Source: an uncultured Candidatus Rokubacteria bacterium | GTDB taxonomy: Bacteria; Methylomirabilota; Methylomirabilia; Rokubacteriales; DASRDR01 | Assembly (NCBI GenBank): GCA_963708025.1 | Contig: CAVPSB010000023.1 | Span: forward strand, 98,000-161,999 | Direction of reading: 5' to 3' | Length of the DNA stretch: 64,000 bases | Position numbers and translations under genes: made by a program | Shown: in pieces, positions 60,078 to 64,000 of the stretch | Numbering within the stretch: position 1 is the first letter of the stretch | Layout of the letters: every line of letters starts with the position of its first letter | Notes under the pieces: generated by a model | Seen by the model: the letters and a program-made list of their open reading frames with translations, nothing else | What the model was told of the DNA's origin: nothing | Database searches by the model: none

Positions 60078-61325
60078 ATGAATCGCGTCGCCGACGCCGT
60101 CGTCATCGGGTCCGGCGCGCTGGGCGCCAGCACCGCGTTCCACCTCGCCTCGCGCGGCCGCGCGGTCGTGCTGGTGGACAAGTCCGGCCTCGCGTCGCAG
60201 AGCTCGGCCCGGGCAGCGGGCCTCGCCCAGCAGGTGCAGGTGGACGACGTGCTCGCCGCGCTCGCGATCCGCGGCGTGCGAACCCTCACGAGCTTCCAGG
60301 CGCTCACGGGCCAGCCCCTCGACGTGGTCGTGAACGGCAGCGTGAAGCTGGCGCGCCTGGAGGGCGACGCGGCGCAGCTCGAGCAGGAGGTGCGCCGCGG
60401 CCAGGCGCTCGGCGTCGAGATCGCGCTGGTCTCCGCCGCCGCCGCCAGAACGGTCGCGCCGTGGCTGCATGGCGACCGGGCCGTCGCGATCTCGCACTGT
60501 CCCGGCGACACCTACCTCGAAGATCCCGGGACCCTGCCCCGGGCGTTCATCCGGGCGCTCGTGGAGCGCGGCGGCGTGGCGCTCGACCACGCCGGGGTCA
60601 CGGCGATCCTCGTCGAGGACCGGGCGGTCGCTGGCGTGATCACCTCGAAGGGACGGATCGAGGCGCCGGTCGTGGTCGATGCGGCGGGCGCCTGGGCTCG
60701 GAGGGTCGGCGACCTCGTCGGGTGGGCCATTCCGCTCTGGCCGGTGCGCACCCAGCTCTGCATCACCGAGCCGCTCGCGGAGGTGGACCCGCGGCACGCG
60801 ACCGTCCGCGTGATGGACGCCAAGGCGTACGTCCGGCCCGCCGGCGGCGGGCTGATGTTCGGCGCCTACGAGCCCGACCCTCTCGACCTCGATCCGCGCG
60901 AGCGGCCCGCCGGCTTCGAGATCCGGGATCTCCCCCTCGATCTCCATCCGCTGCGCCGCGCGATGGCCGGAGTGCGTGCGGAGCTTCCCCTCCTCGAGCG
61001 CGCCCGGATCGTGGAGCTGCGAGGCGGCCTGCCGACGATGACGCCCGACGGCCATTTCCTGATCGACCGGCTACCCGGTGTCGCCGGCTTCTACGTCGCC
61101 AGCGGCTGCAACGTGGGCGGGCTATCGATCTCACCGCCCATCGGCGAGGACCTGGCGGCCTGGATCGTCGCCGGCGGCGAGCGTCCGGCGCCCCTGGCGC
61201 CGTTCCGCATCGGCCGGTTCGACGGCCGGTTCGCGAGCGACGCGGAGCTGCGCCCGGCCTGTCTCGCGACCTACGTCCACAAGTACGACGAGCAGGAGGT
61301 GCGGCCCGGCCGATCGAGCCGGTAG
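60078..61325 (+). CDS. FAD-dependent oxidoreductase, paralogue of 53997-55214
   Basis: VIGSGALGAS.AFHL, SARAAG, DAAGAW, GGLPTMTPDG, CNVGGLSISP. Confidence 0.9.
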   Translation: MNRVADAVVIGSGALGASTAFHLASRGRAVVLVDKSGLASQSSARAAGLAQQVQVDDVLAALAIRGVRTLTSFQALTGQPLDVVVNGSVKLARLEGDAAQLEQEVRRGQALGVEIALVSAAAARTVAPWLHGDRAVAISHCPGDTYLEDPGTLPRAFIRALVERGGVALDHAGVTAILVEDRAVAGVITSKGRIEAPVVVDAAGAWARRVGDLVGWAIPLWPVRTQLCITEPLAEVDPRHATVRVMDAKAYVRPAGGGLMFGAYEPDPLDLDPRERPAGFEIRDLPLDLHPLRRAMAGVRAELPLLERARIVELRGGLPTMTPDGHFLIDRLPGVAGFYVASGCNVGGLSISPPIGEDLAAWIVAGGERPAPLAPFRIGRFDGRFASDAELRPACLATYVHKYDEQEVRPGRSSR

Positions 61326-61461
61326 CGCGATTGCCGAGACGACAGCGCGGAGGACCGGCGATGGTCCGAAAGCTCCCCTCCGGGCAGTTGTGCGGTGCGA
61401 GATCACCCCCGAACGCTGGCCCACGGACCTCCGGGTCCTGGACGACGTGCGAGACCCCCGC

Positions 61462-61587
61462 GCGCGCGAAGTCGAGCCCGGCCGCCGGCAACAGCCTGGG
61501 GACGGCCGGTGTGCGCATCATCGTGATCCACGTCCCGAGCTGCACCTCGCCACGTTCGGCGCGCGTCCGGTAGGCGTTCGGGTTCAC
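61462..61587 (-). pseudogene. N-terminal remnant of an HpcH/HpaI aldolase-family gene
   Basis: MNPNAYR.R.ERGEVQLGTWITM.RTP......AAGLDF then loss of coding character. Confidence 0.55.
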
Positions 61588-61688
61588 GTTGGGCCTCCGT
61601 GTGCCGCCACTGTAGCACCGCGGCGCAGACATTTGGATTCGACGTGCCGTGAAACATCCGGCATCGGACGGCGGTAAGCTGGGGCTCG

Positions 61689-62387
61689 ATGACGGAAGCC
61701 AACATCGCGTTCGTGGCGGGTCTCCTGGCCGATCCGACCCGCGCGGCCATGTGCCTGGCCCTGGCGGGCGGCGAGGCCAGGCCGGCGGGCGAGCTGGCCG
61801 CCCGCGCCGGGGTCTCCGCGCAGACGGCTAGCAACCATCTGGCCAAGCTGATCGCCGGCCGCATCCTGCGCGTCGAGCAGCAGGGGCGCTGGCGCTACTA
61901 CCGCCTGGCCGGCGCCGACGTGGGCCATGCCGTCGAGGCGCTGGCCGTCGTGGCGCCGCCGCTGCCCAACCGGTTCGCCGGCGACGACATGAGCGGCGCG
62001 GCGCGGCGCCTCAGGGACGCGCGCACCTGCTATAGCCACTTGGCGGGCCGGTTGGGCGTGGCGCTGGCCGACGCGCTGGTCGCCGAACGATGGATGGAGG
62101 AAGACGGTCGCAGCTATCGGCTCACACCGGCCGGTACTCGCTCGCTACGCGCGCTCGGGATCGAAGTGCGCGGTGGCCCGGCGCAGGCCGTGGCGCGGCG
62201 GTGTCTGGACTGGACGGAGCGCCGGCCGCACGTCGCCGGCCCGGTGGGCACGGCGCTGGCGAGTCTCGCCCTCGACCGTGGCTGGGTGCGACGCGTGCGG
62301 GGGACGCGAGCGGTGGTCGTCACGCCGGCGGGGCGCGCGCAGCTCAAGAAGGTCTTCAACATGCGATGGGAGGAGAGAATGCCATGA
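61689..62387 (+). CDS. ArsR/SmtB-family winged-helix regulator with C-terminal ARTCY.HLAG / CLDWTERR.H domain
   Basis: LADPTRA.M, AGELA..AGVS.QTAS.HL, QGR.RYY, ARTCYSHLAG, CLDWTERRPH. Confidence 0.88.
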   Translation: MTEANIAFVAGLLADPTRAAMCLALAGGEARPAGELAARAGVSAQTASNHLAKLIAGRILRVEQQGRWRYYRLAGADVGHAVEALAVVAPPLPNRFAGDDMSGAARRLRDARTCYSHLAGRLGVALADALVAERWMEEDGRSYRLTPAGTRSLRALGIEVRGGPAQAVARRCLDWTERRPHVAGPVGTALASLALDRGWVRRVRGTRAVVVTPAGRAQLKKVFNMRWEERMP

Positions 62388-62689
62388 TCACCCTGAGCAT
62401 TCGCTACACGATCGACGCGCGGAAGCGCCAGGATTTCGAGCGGTACGCGCGGGCTCTGGGCAGCGTCATCCCGCGCTGCGGCGGCGAGCTCGTCGGCTAC
62501 TGGCTGCCGACCAAGTTCGCCGGCCCGACCAACTCCGCGCTGGCCCTGATCGACTTCCCGAACCTCGCGGCGTACGAGCAGTACCGCGAGCGTCTCGCCA
62601 AGGACAACGAGAACATCGACAGCGTGCGGCGCGCCGACGAGAGCGGCTGCATCCTTGTCGAGGACCGCGCGGTCCTCGAACGCGTCTAG
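62384..62689 (+). CDS. NIPSNAP family protein
   Basis: MIT..IRY.ID...FE.YA...IPRCGG.L.GY.LP...FP.LAAYE.YR; ATGA overlap with the regulator. Confidence 0.85.
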   Translation: MITLSIRYTIDARKRQDFERYARALGSVIPRCGGELVGYWLPTKFAGPTNSALALIDFPNLAAYEQYRERLAKDNENIDSVRRADESGCILVEDRAVLERV

Positions 62690-62926
62690 CGACTCACCGC
62701 GCTACGCCGGGGGGCGCGCGGGCTCCGGATGGGCGAGGCTTATGTCGCGGTAGACGACTGGACAAGCAGGGAAGCGCCGGCACGTCGGCCGCAGTCAAGC
62801 GACGACGGAGGAACAGTTTCAGGCCGTTGGATTCCACTGCCGAGAGACGCTGATCTCGCTCGCCGAACAGATCTACGTGGCGATCTTGTAGCGATTGCGG
62901 CGCACGAATCCCGCGAGCATCTAAAC

Positions 62927-63424
62927 CTAGCGCGGGCCTTCGTTGAGATATACGATGAGATCGATGTCGCCGGGGGAATGTCCCATGTCGGTCAGCATGG
63001 CGGCGGCCTCGGAGCGATGCTGCGTTCCGTGATTGACCATGTGCGCCATCGCCTCCCACAGCACGCGTCGATGCTGGCCGCCCTCGGTCGAGGTGTAATC
63101 GAACTCCGCTTTGAGTTTCTTGTCGGTCAGGCCGGCGACGAATTCCATCAGCAGGATCTCTTCCTCCAGCCAGCGCGTCTTGAGGGACGCAAAGGTCGGG
63201 AAATCTTCCGGCTTCAAGCGGAAATTTGGCGGCGATCCTTGCCAGCGCATTCGCCAGACCCATTCGGCGAACACAGTGTGTACCAGCGTGCCGCGCAAAC
63301 CGCCGTGCGGAAAATCGTCGGGGGCGAGGAATTGCGCGTCGCTGATCTGCGCCGCCGCGCCGAGGATGCGCGCATTGGCCCAGCAGTTGTACTCGTACAG
63401 CATTCGAATATCTCGTTTGTTCAT
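62927..63424 (-). CDS. DinB/YfiT family protein
   Basis: YN.WAN, TLVH...AE..W, HMVNHGTQHRSE metal-binding His set; SD AAGGA; lower GC than surroundings. Confidence 0.88.
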   Translation of the reverse strand: MNKRDIRMLYEYNCWANARILGAAAQISDAQFLAPDDFPHGGLRGTLVHTVFAEWVWRMRWQGSPPNFRLKPEDFPTFASLKTRWLEEEILLMEFVAGLTDKKLKAEFDYTSTEGGQHRRVLWEAMAHMVNHGTQHRSEAAAMLTDMGHSPGDIDLIVYLNEGPR

Positions 63425-63544
63425 GGATTCTTATCCTTTCTCTAAAACAGAATTGGATTCAGCCGGGATTCTACCCTGCCCGCCCAGGGGAGAGCCATTA
63501 CCTCCGAGGTAATTGAAACCGGGGACGCCGCGCGCTCGGGGTTG

Positions 63545-63724
63545 CCCGTCTTCGTACGAGCGTTTGCGATCGACGTGTTGGCCTGCCCGAACTGGGGTGG
63601 GCGACTGCGCGTGATCGCCACGGTCGAGGACCCGCTCGCCGTGCGCCAGATCCTCGCCGCCCAACGGTTGGCCCAGCCGCTCGGGCCCGGCCCGCCGGGC
63701 GGTGCCTCCGCCATGACCACCTGA
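63545..63724 (+). mobile_element. C-terminal remnant of an IS91-like (Y2/HUH) transposase
   Basis: RAFAIDVLACPN(W)GGRLRVIATVEDP..VRQIL matches the C-terminal zinc-ribbon block; second Cys lost; no upstream body. Confidence 0.65.
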
Positions 63725-64000
63725 CCTCCCTCGACTGAGCTCCATGAGCGGAACCCGGCCTCTCGATCCGCGGCGGCGGATCGGGGCCAGCCGCGTCTCC
63801 CTGCCCCTCGCCTGAGGACGCCCAAGTCCGGGGCGCGGCGGGGCCGCCCGGTGCGGTCCTTGACGCTGCCCGCGCCGGCCGCGCACCATCGATGTCGAGT
63901 GGGTCAGGGCTGCCTTCGTCCGCCAGCCCCCTTGGGGAACGGGGAAACGGCCGAGAAAGGCCATTATGTCAACTACCCTCAGCAGGCTGACGACGTCACG

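Noticed and set aside
62850-63520. Integron gene cassette carrying dinB
   Set aside because: No convincing attC core pair (RYYYAAC/GTTRRRY) could be identified and there is no integrase in the window

Overview
A very GC-rich bacterial chromosomal window. The gene families and repeat style suggest Ca. Rokubacteria/Methylomirabilota, but that is inference only. Housekeeping and transport genes: dppBC-like permeases, an LLM oxidoreductase, a GH63 hydrolase, pal, pepN-HEAT, malate synthase, and a liv transporter flanked by two paralogous FAD oxidoreductases. Most notable: (1) a complete promoter, TPP riboswitch and terminator driving a PhnDCE-type phosphate/phosphonate ABC importer, a candidate importer of phosphorylated thiamine; (2) a small membrane ORF with an acidic DGDEDD patch and a C-terminal RAPP arrest-like motif upstream of a PAP2 phosphatase; (3) an imuA-imuB-(ORF6N)-dnaE2 mutagenesis cassette whose DnaE2 carries a 422-aa LAGLIDADG intein and is preceded by a nested CTAG-targeting MITE; (4) a 15.6-kb uncharacterised cluster of glycosyltransferases, deacetylase, phosphatase and methyltransferase, with a Dpp-type ABC system, a degenerate ABC exporter and a cNMP-binding protein, next to an FHA-GAF-adenylate cyclase/PP2C/Ser-Thr kinase module; (5) several modular palindromic repeat families, some translated in frame or supplying start signals. 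Several gene remnants and single-base frameshifts are present, some probably sequencing errors. No tRNA, rRNA or CRISPR array was seen. All family assignments are from motif recognition, without database searches.
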